A stretch of 64,000 nt of DNA from an uncultured Verrucomicrobiae bacterium (GTDB taxonomy: Bacteria; Verrucomicrobiota; Verrucomicrobiia; Chthoniobacterales; UBA10450), in NCBI GenBank assembly GCA_963726745.1, contig CAVSDR010000006.1, forward strand, positions 96,001 to 160,000, written 5' to 3'. Shown here one piece after another: positions 1 through 9,306 of this stretch. A program made the position numbers and the translations under genes. How positions within the stretch are numbered: the stretch's first letter is position 1; each line of letters begins with the position of its first letter. The notes beneath the pieces were generated by a model. It had not been told where the DNA came from. It saw only the letters and a program-made list of their open reading frames with translations, and searched no databases.

Positions 1-2
1 GC

Positions 3-1283
3 GGACCCGATGGGACCTTCCGGTTGTTTGGCGGTTATCCAAATGTCGGGAACGACACCGGGACCGTGGTTTTTTATGCGGAGCTCAATCCCTTGAATCC
101 ACGCCGTCGTGGAATCTACACGGGCGACGGCACCGGCAGCACTCGCTTGGTCGCCGATAACACGGGAAGCTTCACCTACTTTGGCAACGATCCGGCGATC
201 AACAACGCCGGCACGGTGGCCTTTATCGGCACCCTCAGCACGACGGAGAATGGGATCTTCGTGGGCCGCGACGGGGGCGCGAACGCAGCCACGAGGGTGG
301 TGAGCGATCCCGGCAGCGGTCTTTACGCCTTCGAGTCGCTCGCCTTGAACAATCATGGCCAGATCGTCTTCCTCGCGCGCCGACAAGCCACCGGGGCCAA
401 GGCGATCTACACGGTGCGCGAAGACGGCAGCGGCCTGCGCCTCCTGGCGGACGCCGCCGGACCTTTCGGGCTTTTGAAACCGCCGGCGATCAACGACCTT
501 GGCACAATCCTGTTCTACGCCACGCTCGACAATAATGCGGCCGGCCTCTACGCCGGACCGGACCCGGTGGACGACAAGGTGCTGGAGGTGGGCGACCCTC
601 TCTTTGATTCCACCGTCACCAGCCTCGCCTTCTTCCGCGGGCTGAATAATCGCAACGAGTTCGCCTTTTACTACGAGCTCGCCAACGGCCGCAAAGGCAT
701 CGCCCAAGGCCGGCTGACGCTTGCGAGCACGCCGACCAACGTCGTCTCGCGGCGGACGCACGGAAGCGCAGGCACGTTCGACCTGCCGCTGGCGACGAGC
801 GGCCAGCCGACGGTTGAGCCGCGCAATGGCCAGGGAAGTTACCGCATCACCTTTCACTTCCCGGTGCCCGTGAGCTTTGGAGCCGCCACCGTGACCAGCG
901 CCAGCGGCCAGACCGCGGAGGTGGCAGACACGCGGGCGTCAAATGCGGAGGGCACTGAGATCAGTGTAGATTTGGCGAATGTGAGCAACGGGCAGGTGCT
1001 CACGACCACCCTCCAGGGAGTGGAAGGGAGAGCCGACGTCGCCGTGCGACTGGCCATTCTCCCGGGCGACGTCAACGGCGACGGCATCGTCAACGCGGGG
1101 GATGTGATCCCGGTGCGGAACCGCTCCGGGCAGGTCACGGACGTAAGCAATTTCCTCGCAGACGTGACTACGGACGGCGTGATCAATGGCGCGGACACCC
1201 TGGTGGTGCGAGGCCGGGCAGGCAGCGCGCTGTCGCGCAACCAAAACGGCGCCGCGCGGGAAACGCGCGGCGCCGTTCGTTAG
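3..1283 (+). CDS. Secreted beta-propeller-like repeat protein (NxxGxxAF repeats) with C-terminal dockerin-like domain; 5' end outside window
   Basis: Frame open from window edge; repeats PAINNAGTVAF, LNNHGQIVF, INDLGTILF, LNNRNEFAF; C-terminal duplicated GDVNGDGIVNAGD / DVTTDGVINGAD. Confidence 0.75.
   Translation, partial: GPDGTFRLFGGYPNVGNDTGTVVFYAELNPLNPRRRGIYTGDGTGSTRLVADNTGSFTYFGNDPAINNAGTVAFIGTLSTTENGIFVGRDGGANAATRVVSDPGSGLYAFESLALNNHGQIVFLARRQATGAKAIYTVREDGSGLRLLADAAGPFGLLKPPAINDLGTILFYATLDNNAAGLYAGPDPVDDKVLEVGDPLFDSTVTSLAFFRGLNNRNEFAFYYELANGRKGIAQGRLTLASTPTNVVSRRTHGSAGTFDLPLATSGQPTVEPRNGQGSYRITFHFPVPVSFGAATVTSASGQTAEVADTRASNAEGTEISVDLANVSNGQVLTTTLQGVEGRADVAVRLAILPGDVNGDGIVNAGDVIPVRNRSGQVTDVSNFLADVTTDGVINGADTLVVRGRAGSALSRNQNGAARETRGAVR
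1243..1277 (-). terminator. Intrinsic terminator, probably for the RRM gene
   Basis: Perfect 14-bp inverted repeat AACGGCGCCGCGCG-GGAAA-CGCGCGGCGCCGTT (1245-1277), ending in a short T run on the minus strand. Confidence 0.7.
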
Positions 1284-1304
1284 GCAACAAGTTGCCGGCT
1301 AAAA

Positions 1305-1604
1305 TTAGCGACGTCCGCCGCCGCCGCCGCCGCCGCCGCCAGAGAAGGAACGCGGGCGTTCTTCGCGGGCACGAGCTTCGTTGACGGTGAGGGTGCGACC
1401 CTGGACTTCTTTGCCATTGAAGGCTTCGATCGCGGCGTTGCCGGAAGCGGCGTCACCCATGGTGACGAAACCGAAACCGCGCGAGCGGCCGGTGGTGCGA
1501 TCGTTGATCAACGCCACGTCCATGACTTTGCCGTGTTGCTCGAAAAGATCCTGGAGATCGTTTTCAGTGGTGTCGAATGAGAGGTTTCCTACGTACAGTT
1601 TCAT
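1305..1604 (-). CDS. RRM (RNP-1) RNA-binding protein with Gly-rich tail
   Basis: RNP2 LYVGNL, RNP1 RGFGFVTM, poly-Gly C-terminus. Confidence 0.95.
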   Translation of the reverse strand: MKLYVGNLSFDTTENDLQDLFEQHGKVMDVALINDRTTGRSRGFGFVTMGDAASGNAAIEAFNGKEVQGRTLTVNEARAREERPRSFSGGGGGGGGGRR

Positions 1605-1865
1605 AACAAGTTTTGGAGCAAAACTGGGAGTTTACAGAGCCGTTCCCGTGAATCGGGTTTCGGATCACCAATGAGGAGTCTCACCTGACGATCTACCAAG
1701 CAGCGAACAGAACAGAATCAATCCAATAAGCGGGCACCGTCGCCCGAATCGCCCAAAGCACAACCTTTCATTTCCCCCGGCCGGCCGCAGCGTTGGGCGC
1801 GTTCCCCCTAGGCGCGAGGGGGCCATTGCTTCCGCGGCGTCGCCCAGCGAAGCTGCCGGAACAGG

Positions 1866-4800
1866 ATGCAACCAAGCCAGGAACCCGCCTCAACCCCGTC
1901 GCCCGAAAGTAATTCAACCAAGGGCCCGGGGCCGTTGGCCGTGGTCGGCTTGGGCGCTTCGGCCGGCGGGCTCAAGCCGCTGCAAGCATTCTTTGCCGCG
2001 ATCGCGCCGGATTCGCAGCTCGCCTTCGTGGTCGTGATGCACCTGGCCCCGGAGCACGAAAGCAGCCTGCCTGAGATTCTGCAGCTCCGCACGAAGATGC
2101 CGGTGCTGCAGGTGAATGACAAAGTGCGGGTGCAGGCGAACCACGTTTACGTCATCCCGCCCGGGAAGCAGTTGACCATGAGCGACGGCTTCGTCGTGAC
2201 CTCGGAGTTGCACCAGCCGCTCGGGCGGCGGGTGGCGATCGACCTCTTTTTCCGCACGCTCGCGGAGCAATGGGGCCACCGGGGCATCAGCGTCATTCTC
2301 TCGGGGAGCGACTCCGACGGCGTCATCGGCGTGCGCCACATCAAAGCCCAGGGCGGGATCACGATCGCGCAGGATCCGGCCGAGGCGGAACACGCCAGCA
2401 TGCCACGGAACGCGATCGAATCGGGAATGATCGATTGGGTTCTGCCGGTCGCGGAGATGCCGCGAAAGCTGCTCGAGTATGTGCGCAACGAGCAACGTCT
2501 CAAGCTGCCGCCGGAAGAGGTGGCGGAAGCAGCACCCGAAGACGAAGCCGACGAAGTGGCCACCGCTGAAGGTCCGCCCAAGGCTCCGCCCGCCCGCCAA
2601 ACTGGCAGTGCGCAGGACGAGGCGGCCCTGCACAAAGTGCTGGCTTTTGTCCGCAGTCACACCGGGCACGACTTCGGGCATTACAAGCGTGCGACCGTGC
2701 TCCGCCGGATCGCGCGCCGTCTCCAGGTAAATTCGCTCGAGGACATCCCCTCTTACCTCGGCTTTCTCCAAAGTCACCCGATGGAGGCGCCGGCGCTCCT
2801 GAGCGACTTGCTCATCGGAGTGACCAATTTTTTCCGCGACCGCGCGGCTTTCGATTCGCTGGCTAATAATCTGCCGCAAATCTTCGCGAGCAAGCAACCG
2901 GGGGACGAGGTGCGTGTCTGGGTGCCGGCCTGCGCCACAGGCGAGGAAGCCTATTCCATTGCGATGCTCATGCGGGCGCACATGGACAAGCTGGAAAGCC
3001 CGCCCTCGGTGCAGATGTTTGCCACTGATCTCGACGTGGAGGCCGTGGGCGATGCCCGGCGCGGCGAATACCCCACGGCGATCGAAGCCGATGTGCCGCC
3101 GGAATTTCTCCGCCGGCACTTCGTGAATCACCACGGGCGCTACGTCATCTCCAAGGAGATCCGCGGGATGGTCCTCTTTACCCCGCACGATCTCCTGAGC
3201 GACTCACCGTTCTCGCGGATCGATCTCGTTTCCTGCCGGAATCTCCTGATCTACCTGAAGCCGGACGCGCAACACAGAGTGCTGGATATTTTTCACTTTG
3301 CGCTCCGCCCCGGCGGGCTCCTTTTCCTTGGCAGCTCGGAGACGGTCGATGGCGAGCACACACTCTTTGCCGCGATCGACAAAACCCATCGGATTTACGT
3401 GCGCCGCAGCGGCGCGCGCGTGCCGCTGGTGATCTCGCTTCCAGTCACGCTCACGCCCAAGCGGATCGAGCCCTCCACGCTCCTGCCGCGGAACCTTCGC
3501 ACGCCGTTGCGCCTGCCGAGTGTGCAGTCCCGCGCGGGCGATCCGATCCCGGTGGTGGAAGCACGCTCGACCGCCGATCTCCACCTCGCCTTGGTGGAGC
3601 AATACGCGCCGCCTTCGGTGATCATCGACGAGCATCACAATGTGCTCCACGTCTCCGCGCGCGCCGGCCGCTACCTGCAATTTAGCGCCGGCGTGCCTTC
3701 GGCAGAGTTGCTCAAGGCAGTCGACGAATCGTTGCGCGTGCCGCTGCGCACGGCGCTTTTTCGCGCCGCGCAAACCGGGGAAAACATCACCGCACCGCGC
3801 GTGGCCCTGGAGGCGAATGGCGATTCCATGTTGCTGGATCTCCACATCCGTCCGGCGCGCGACAGCATCACGGGCAATTACTATTTCCTGATCGTCTTCG
3901 AGGAACATACGACCGAGGGAGCAGTCGCCGCGGCCGCGCTGGCGCACGAACCGGCCGCTCCGCATCTGGAGGAGGAATTGCGGCAAATGCGGCAACAGCT
4001 CAGCCAGACGGTGGAGCAATACGAGGCCTCCAATGAGGAGCTCAAAGCCTCGAACGAGGAACTCCAGGCGATGAACGAGGAACTGCGTTCCGCCACCGAG
4101 GAGCTGGAGACGAGTCGCGAGGAACTGCAGTCGGTGAACGAAGAGCTCACCACAGTGAACTACGAGCTGAAGACGAGCGTGGAGGACTTGAGCAAGGCCA
4201 ACAGCGACCTGCAAAACCTCATGGCCTCGACCGACATCGGGACCATTTTCCTGAACCGCTCGCTCCACATCGAACGCTTTACCCCGCCGGTGCGGGATCT
4301 GTTCAACCTCCGCGAGAATGATCTCGGCCGGCCGCTCTCTGATCTCACCAGCCACCTCGAGTATCCGGATCTCGAAGAAGACGCGCGCCTTGTCCTGCGC
4401 GACCTGACGAAACTGGAGCGCGAAGTGCGCAGCCGGGAAGGCCAGTCCTTCCTGGTGCGCCTGGTGCCTTATCGCAGCCTGGAGGATCGGATCGATGGCG
4501 TGATCCTGAACTTCGTCGAAATCACCGAGCGCCGAAAAGCCGAGGAACAACGCGCGCAAAGCCAGCAGCAGCTCGACTTGATCGTGGGTGTGGCCCCGTT
4601 GCCGATCCTTTACCTCGACCCCGACGGCACGGTCCGTTTCGCCAACCGCACCTGGCTCGACTGGATCCAGCGCACGCGCGAGGAAACCTTCGGGCGTTCC
4701 CTGCGCGAGATCCTGGGCGACGAGCATTTCGCCACCGTCCAGCCGTACTTTGCGCGCGCCCTTCACGGGGAGATCCTGAGCTTCGAGTTCCGGAGAAATT

Positions 4801-6461
4801 ACCCCGCGCTGGGCGAGCGCGAAGTGCAGGTGCAGATGGCGCCGGATCGCGATGCCGCGGGGAAAGTCGTGGGCGTGGTCGGCGCGCTCACCGACATCAG
4901 TCACCTGCGCGAGGCTGAGCTGGCGCTGCGCGAGAGCGAGGCGCGCTTCCGGCAATTTGCCGAGAATTCTTCCGACCTGCTTTGGATCGCCGAGGCGGAA
5001 ACCGGCCAGCTGGAATTCCTCAGCCCGGCTTTCGAGGAAGTCTGCGGCCTCTCGAGCGCCGAGGTGATGCGGAATGGGGAACATTGGAACGCGCTCATCC
5101 ATCCGGATGACCGCGCGCCGGTATCGCAGGCGCTGGCTCGTGCGCGTGATGGCGAAACCGTGGCGCTCGAGTATCGCATCGTCCGCGCAGCGGATGGTGA
5201 GGCCCGCTGGATTCGCGGCACGGCTTTTCCGATGCGCAATGAAAAGGGCGTAATCGTGCGCGTGGGCGGCCTGGCTCAGGACGTGACCGAAGCTCATCGG
5301 CATGCAGCGGAACTCCGCGTGAGCGAGGAGCGCCTCAGCCTCCTGGTCGAAGGGGCGCGCGACTATGCGATGTTCCTGCTCGATCCGAGCAACATCATTG
5401 TCCACTGGAACAGCGGTGCGGAACGCGTCTTCGGCTGGAGCGCAGAAGAAGCTTTGGGGAAATCGGGCGAACTCATTTTCACGCCCGAAGACCGCGCGAT
5501 CGAAGCCGAAGAGCACGAGATCCGACAAGCGATGGAGCACGGGCGCGCGCTCGATCAACGCTGGCATCTGCGAAAAGATGGCAGCCGCATCTGGGTCGAT
5601 GGCGTGATGCACCGGCTGGACGACGAGCACACCGGAGCGCTCCGAGGGTTTGCCAAGATCGCCCGCGATGCCTCCGGACGCCGAAAAATCGAGCAGGATC
5701 TGGAAAGGGCGCACGCCGAGCTCGAGGAACGCGTGCGGGAACGAACCGCCGAACTCCAGGCGACAAACGACGCCTTGAATACGGAAATTAGCCAGCGCCA
5801 GCGCCTCGAACGCGAGATCCTCGGCGTGACCGAGCGCGAGCGCGCCCGGATCAGCCAGGATTTACACGACAGCCTCTGCCAGGCGCTCACCGCCACGGCC
5901 TTCCTGCTGAAGTCGCGCGCGAAATCTTTCGCCGCGGGCGACCCGGAAGCGGCCGAGGCTTTGCTTGAGGCCGCGGAGACGGTGAACGAAAACGCCGGCC
6001 TGGCGCGCGATCTCGCACGCGGCTTGCACCCATTCGATCTCGGCTCCGGCGGCCTCCCCTCGGCCCTGCGCGAGCTCTGCGCGCGCACCCAGGAAAAGAT
6101 CAACTGCCGCTGCCAATCGCCGCGCAGCATCGCCCTGGACGAGAACTTGTCGGTTAATCTCTACCGCATCGCGCAGGAAGCGGTCACCAACGCAAGCAAA
6201 CACGCAAAGGCGAGCGAGATCGTGATCGAGCTGCGGCGGCTCTCCCGCGAGATCATCCTTTCGATCAAGGACGATGGGCAACCAATGAAGCCGAAGGCAC
6301 GCGAAGGCCTCGGCATTCACATGATGCAGTATCGCGCCAACGCCATCGGTGGGACGCTCGAGTTCACCACGCCCGAATGCGGCGGCACGGTCGTGACCTG
6401 CCGGGTGCCACGGCCAAAGAAGTCGGCGGCGCGAAAAAGCCCTTCGGAAAAGCCTGCATAA
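1866..6461 (+). CDS. CheB methylesterase / CheR methyltransferase / multi-PAS sensor histidine kinase fusion
   Basis: CheB GASAGG, VMHL, SDG; CheR ACATGEEAYS, SCRNLLIY; EELxxxNEEL coiled coil; several PAS/PAC; HisKA_3 ERARISQDLHD; QEAVTNASKH. Confidence 0.92.
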   Translation: MQPSQEPASTPSPESNSTKGPGPLAVVGLGASAGGLKPLQAFFAAIAPDSQLAFVVVMHLAPEHESSLPEILQLRTKMPVLQVNDKVRVQANHVYVIPPGKQLTMSDGFVVTSELHQPLGRRVAIDLFFRTLAEQWGHRGISVILSGSDSDGVIGVRHIKAQGGITIAQDPAEAEHASMPRNAIESGMIDWVLPVAEMPRKLLEYVRNEQRLKLPPEEVAEAAPEDEADEVATAEGPPKAPPARQTGSAQDEAALHKVLAFVRSHTGHDFGHYKRATVLRRIARRLQVNSLEDIPSYLGFLQSHPMEAPALLSDLLIGVTNFFRDRAAFDSLANNLPQIFASKQPGDEVRVWVPACATGEEAYSIAMLMRAHMDKLESPPSVQMFATDLDVEAVGDARRGEYPTAIEADVPPEFLRRHFVNHHGRYVISKEIRGMVLFTPHDLLSDSPFSRIDLVSCRNLLIYLKPDAQHRVLDIFHFALRPGGLLFLGSSETVDGEHTLFAAIDKTHRIYVRRSGARVPLVISLPVTLTPKRIEPSTLLPRNLRTPLRLPSVQSRAGDPIPVVEARSTADLHLALVEQYAPPSVIIDEHHNVLHVSARAGRYLQFSAGVPSAELLKAVDESLRVPLRTALFRAAQTGENITAPRVALEANGDSMLLDLHIRPARDSITGNYYFLIVFEEHTTEGAVAAAALAHEPAAPHLEEELRQMRQQLSQTVEQYEASNEELKASNEELQAMNEELRSATEELETSREELQSVNEELTTVNYELKTSVEDLSKANSDLQNLMASTDIGTIFLNRSLHIERFTPPVRDLFNLRENDLGRPLSDLTSHLEYPDLEEDARLVLRDLTKLEREVRSREGQSFLVRLVPYRSLEDRIDGVILNFVEITERRKAEEQRAQSQQQLDLIVGVAPLPILYLDPDGTVRFANRTWLDWIQRTREETFGRSLREILGDEHFATVQPYFARALHGEILSFEFRRNYPALGEREVQVQMAPDRDAAGKVVGVVGALTDISHLREAELALRESEARFRQFAENSSDLLWIAEAETGQLEFLSPAFEEVCGLSSAEVMRNGEHWNALIHPDDRAPVSQALARARDGETVALEYRIVRAADGEARWIRGTAFPMRNEKGVIVRVGGLAQDVTEAHRHAAELRVSEERLSLLVEGARDYAMFLLDPSNIIVHWNSGAERVFGWSAEEALGKSGELIFTPEDRAIEAEEHEIRQAMEHGRALDQRWHLRKDGSRIWVDGVMHRLDDEHTGALRGFAKIARDASGRRKIEQDLERAHAELEERVRERTAELQATNDALNTEISQRQRLEREILGVTERERARISQDLHDSLCQALTATAFLLKSRAKSFAAGDPEAAEALLEAAETVNENAGLARDLARGLHPFDLGSGGLPSALRELCARTQEKINCRCQSPRSIALDENLSVNLYRIAQEAVTNASKHAKASEIVIELRRLSREIILSIKDDGQPMKPKAREGLGIHMMQYRANAIGGTLEFTTPECGGTVVTCRVPRPKKSAARKSPSEKPA

Positions 6462-6538
6462 AGCGATGAATCGCAGACATCTCCCGTCTCTGCGGCCTGC
6501 GATTAGTAAACTGAGTGCAATCGTCACAATCGACTCTC

Positions 6539-7237
6539 ATGCCCAAGCCTCCTGCTGCTCCGACCTCTCCACCGCCGGCAGCCGAGGCGAAAATTTACCA
6601 TGTCATCGTAGTGGACGATCATCCGCTCTTCCGTAAAGGGGTGGTCCAACTCTTGAGCGATGAGCCCGATCTTCGGGTCACCGGCGAAGCCAGCACCAGC
6701 CATGAGGCGCTGGGGCAAATTCGCGCGCAAAATTTCGACCTCGCCGTGGTCGACATCGGCCTCGAAGGCAGCGCGAACGGCATCGAGCTCACGAAATCCA
6801 TTCGAGCTGAGCGGCCGCATCTGCCGGTGCTCGTCCTTTCGATGCACGATGAAACCGTCTTCGCCGAGCGCGCCCTGCGCGCGGGAGCTCGCGGCTACGT
6901 GATGAAACGCGAGGCGCTGGATAATTTCATCCTCGCCGTGCGCACCGTCCTCACCGGAGAGATTTTCATCAGCCCGGCGATGTCGAAGCGGATTGTTTTT
7001 GCCCATCTCCACGGCGGCGGAGAATCGGCTTCGCCGGTCGAGCGTCTGACCGATCGCGAGCTGGAAATTTTCCAGCTCATCGGCAAAGGCCGCGAGGTCG
7101 CGGAAATAGCCGTCGACTTGCACATCAGCGCGAAGACGGTGGAAGCCCACCGGGCGCACATTAAAGAGAAGCTCGACCTCAAGAACGCGCGTGAGGTCGC
7201 GCGCTTCGCGGTGCAGTGGGTCGACCGCCAAGGCTAG
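6539..7237 (+). CDS. NarL/LuxR-family response regulator
   Basis: VVDDHP, phospho-Asp VVDIGL, LSMHDE, GYVMK; HTH LTDRELEIF...KTVEAHR; alternative start at 6515. Confidence 0.93.
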   Translation: MPKPPAAPTSPPPAAEAKIYHVIVVDDHPLFRKGVVQLLSDEPDLRVTGEASTSHEALGQIRAQNFDLAVVDIGLEGSANGIELTKSIRAERPHLPVLVLSMHDETVFAERALRAGARGYVMKREALDNFILAVRTVLTGEIFISPAMSKRIVFAHLHGGGESASPVERLTDRELEIFQLIGKGREVAEIAVDLHISAKTVEAHRAHIKEKLDLKNAREVARFAVQWVDRQG

Positions 7238-7246
7238 ACCAGCAAG

Positions 7247-7285
7247 CACCCGCGCCGACTACCGGATCGGCGATCAGCGCGGGTG
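7247..7285. terminator. Hairpin between convergent genes
   Basis: CACCCGCGC (7247-7255) / GCGCGGGTG (7277-7285); no clear U tract. Confidence 0.4.
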
Positions 7286-7317
7286 ATGCCCCCAAACGTA
7301 CCCCCTACGTTTGAGCC

Positions 7318-7923
7318 CTAAACTTTGCCGCGTTGCGCGCGGACACTGCTCCCGAGCTTCCGCAGGCCGAGCTCCAGCCGCGTCTTCACTGTCCCAAGCG
7401 GCGTGCGCGTGCGGGCCGCAATCTCGCGATGGCTCAGCCCGCTGAAGAACGAAAGCCGCAGCGCTTCGCGCTGGAAATCAGGCAGCCGGTTGAGCTCGCT
7501 CTCGAGAAATTTCCGAATGTCGTGCGCGCTGTTATCCGCCTCCGTATGGCTGCGCAGCCACGAGCGCGGCTCGCGTTCCACGTAAGTTTCGAAGCGATCT
7601 TTCGCCCGCGAGTACGCCGCCCGGCGCCGGACTCGGTCAATCGCCCGCCGCCGCGCGATCGTGATGATCCAGCCAAGCGGCTTGCCCAACGCCGGCGAGT
7701 AGCTCCCGGCCTCGCGCCAAATTTGCAGCATGCTCTCCTGGAGCACGTCATCGGCTTCCGCTTCATCCTGCAACACCTGGTAAATGACGTTGCGCAGCAT
7801 CTTGCCATGGCGCTGGTAAAGCGCGGTCACAGCCGCCTGCCGCTTCTGCGCGATGCGCTTCATCAAGGTCTCGTCGGAGGGCGTTCGCGCGAGAATTCCG
7901 GGATCGATTGCGGGTGTGATCAT
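7318..7923 (-). CDS. ECF sigma-70 factor (SigK-like)
   Basis: Region 2 EADDVLQE...WIITIARRRAIDR; region 4 LPDFQRE...GLSHREIA...PLGTVKTRLELG; ATG overlaps upstream TGA. Confidence 0.9.
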   Translation of the reverse strand: MITPAIDPGILARTPSDETLMKRIAQKRQAAVTALYQRHGKMLRNVIYQVLQDEAEADDVLQESMLQIWREAGSYSPALGKPLGWIITIARRRAIDRVRRRAAYSRAKDRFETYVEREPRSWLRSHTEADNSAHDIRKFLESELNRLPDFQREALRLSFFSGLSHREIAARTRTPLGTVKTRLELGLRKLGSSVRAQRGKV

Positions 7924-8285
7924 GCTTGGTTGCTTCTCTGGTTCGGAGTTTTGTTGCTTAGTGGTTGATTGCCGTCCTCCATCGCGCGTTCCCAGTCCGC
8001 CCAGGCTTCCGCCGAGGTCAGCGGATCGCCGGGCAAGACCCATTCGCGGGGCGTGCCGGCGCAGCCCTCCGTCGGGCAATGCAGGGCGGTCGCGCCGCCG
8101 TCGGGACATCCCGTGACCACGACCTGCCGGCCGCTGAAGGTGCGGTCGCAGACCATGCAAAGGCGACGGTCATCGAGTGATTTCCACCCGTGCGCCGAAT
8201 CGCCTTCGCGGAGAACATCGAGCTTCTCTTCGGGAAGCCAATGCGAGTGCGGCAACGACATGTTCCAAGCCTCTGTGCCCGGCAC
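7920..8285 (-). CDS. Small Zn-ribbon-like protein coupled to the ECF sigma
   Basis: CMVC...CPTEGC; ATGA overlap with the sigma gene; start could be ATG 8261. Confidence 0.65.
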   Translation of the reverse strand: MPGTEAWNMSLPHSHWLPEEKLDVLREGDSAHGWKSLDDRRLCMVCDRTFSGRQVVVTGCPDGGATALHCPTEGCAGTPREWVLPGDPLTSAEAWADWERAMEDGNQPLSNKTPNQRSNQA

Positions 8286-8438
8286 GGCCGCGTAAATCGG
8301 CGACCGCTCTTGAAGTCTCCTAGGTCAAACCCGTAATGATTCGACCCATACGCGCACTTCACCAAATCCATTCGAATGTGCTCCCCAAACTCCGGGCGCG
8401 CACCGCCCTTCCCTGCGCTAGGATACGCGCCTCGCTCC

Positions 8439-9287
8439 ATGAATTTCCTCCGCTCTCTCGTGCAAAAATTCTCCGGCAAACCCGTCGATTGGGACGAGCT
8501 GGAAGAAGCTCTTATCCGCGCCGATCTCGGTGTGCCGATGAGCCAGCGCATCCTCACTGCCCTACAGGAACGCGCGCAGACGGTCACAATCACCGCAAAC
8601 GACATCAGCGAAGTGGCGCGCGATGAGATCGTGAAAGTGCTGCCTATTTCTCCGCCGCCGATTCGTCCCCTCCCCGCGGGCCCGAAGGTGATGCTGATCG
8701 TGGGCGTGAACGGCACCGGCAAAACCACTTCAACCGCCAAACTGGCGCATTATTTCAAGAGCCGGCGTCACACCGTGATGCTCGCAGCCGCGGATACTTT
8801 CCGCGCGGCCGCAATCGAGCAGCTCGGCATCTGGGCGGACCGCCTCGGCGTGGAGATGATCAAGGGGCAATACAACGCCGACCCCGCGGCGCTTTGTTAC
8901 GATGCCTACCAGGCGGCCGATAAAAAAGATGTGGAGTTTCTCCTGTGCGATACCGCCGGCCGGCTGCATACCAAGAGCAACCTCATGGCCGAGCTCGACA
9001 AAGTGAAACGCAGCATTGCCAAGCACGACGCGAAAGCGCCGCACGAAACGCTGCTCGTGGTCGACGCCACCACCGGCAGCAACGCGCTCGCCCAGGCGCG
9101 CGAGTTTCACCAGGCCGTCGGCTTGACCGGCTTGATCGTGACCAAGCTCGACGGCAGCGGCAAAGGCGGCGTGGTCATCGCGATCCAGAACGAGCTCGGG
9201 ATTCCCACTCGCTTCGTCGGCACCGGGGAGAAGTTGGAAGACTTGAAGCCGTTCGACGGGCGCGAGTTCATCGCGCAGATGGTGTGA
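8439..9287 (+). CDS. ftsY: SRP receptor FtsY (short NG-only form)
   Basis: [38 protein letters not shown]. Confidence 0.96.
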   Translation: MNFLRSLVQKFSGKPVDWDELEEALIRADLGVPMSQRILTALQERAQTVTITANDISEVARDEIVKVLPISPPPIRPLPAGPKVMLIVGVNGTGKTTSTAKLAHYFKSRRHTVMLAAADTFRAAAIEQLGIWADRLGVEMIKGQYNADPAALCYDAYQAADKKDVEFLLCDTAGRLHTKSNLMAELDKVKRSIAKHDAKAPHETLLVVDATTGSNALAQAREFHQAVGLTGLIVTKLDGSGKGGVVIAIQNELGIPTRFVGTGEKLEDLKPFDGREFIAQMV

Positions 9288-9306
9288 TCTTGTCGGCTAT
9301 TTCTCG

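Noticed and set aside
1315..1340. (CCG)n microsatellite
   Set aside because: Encodes the ordinary poly-Gly tail of the RRM protein.
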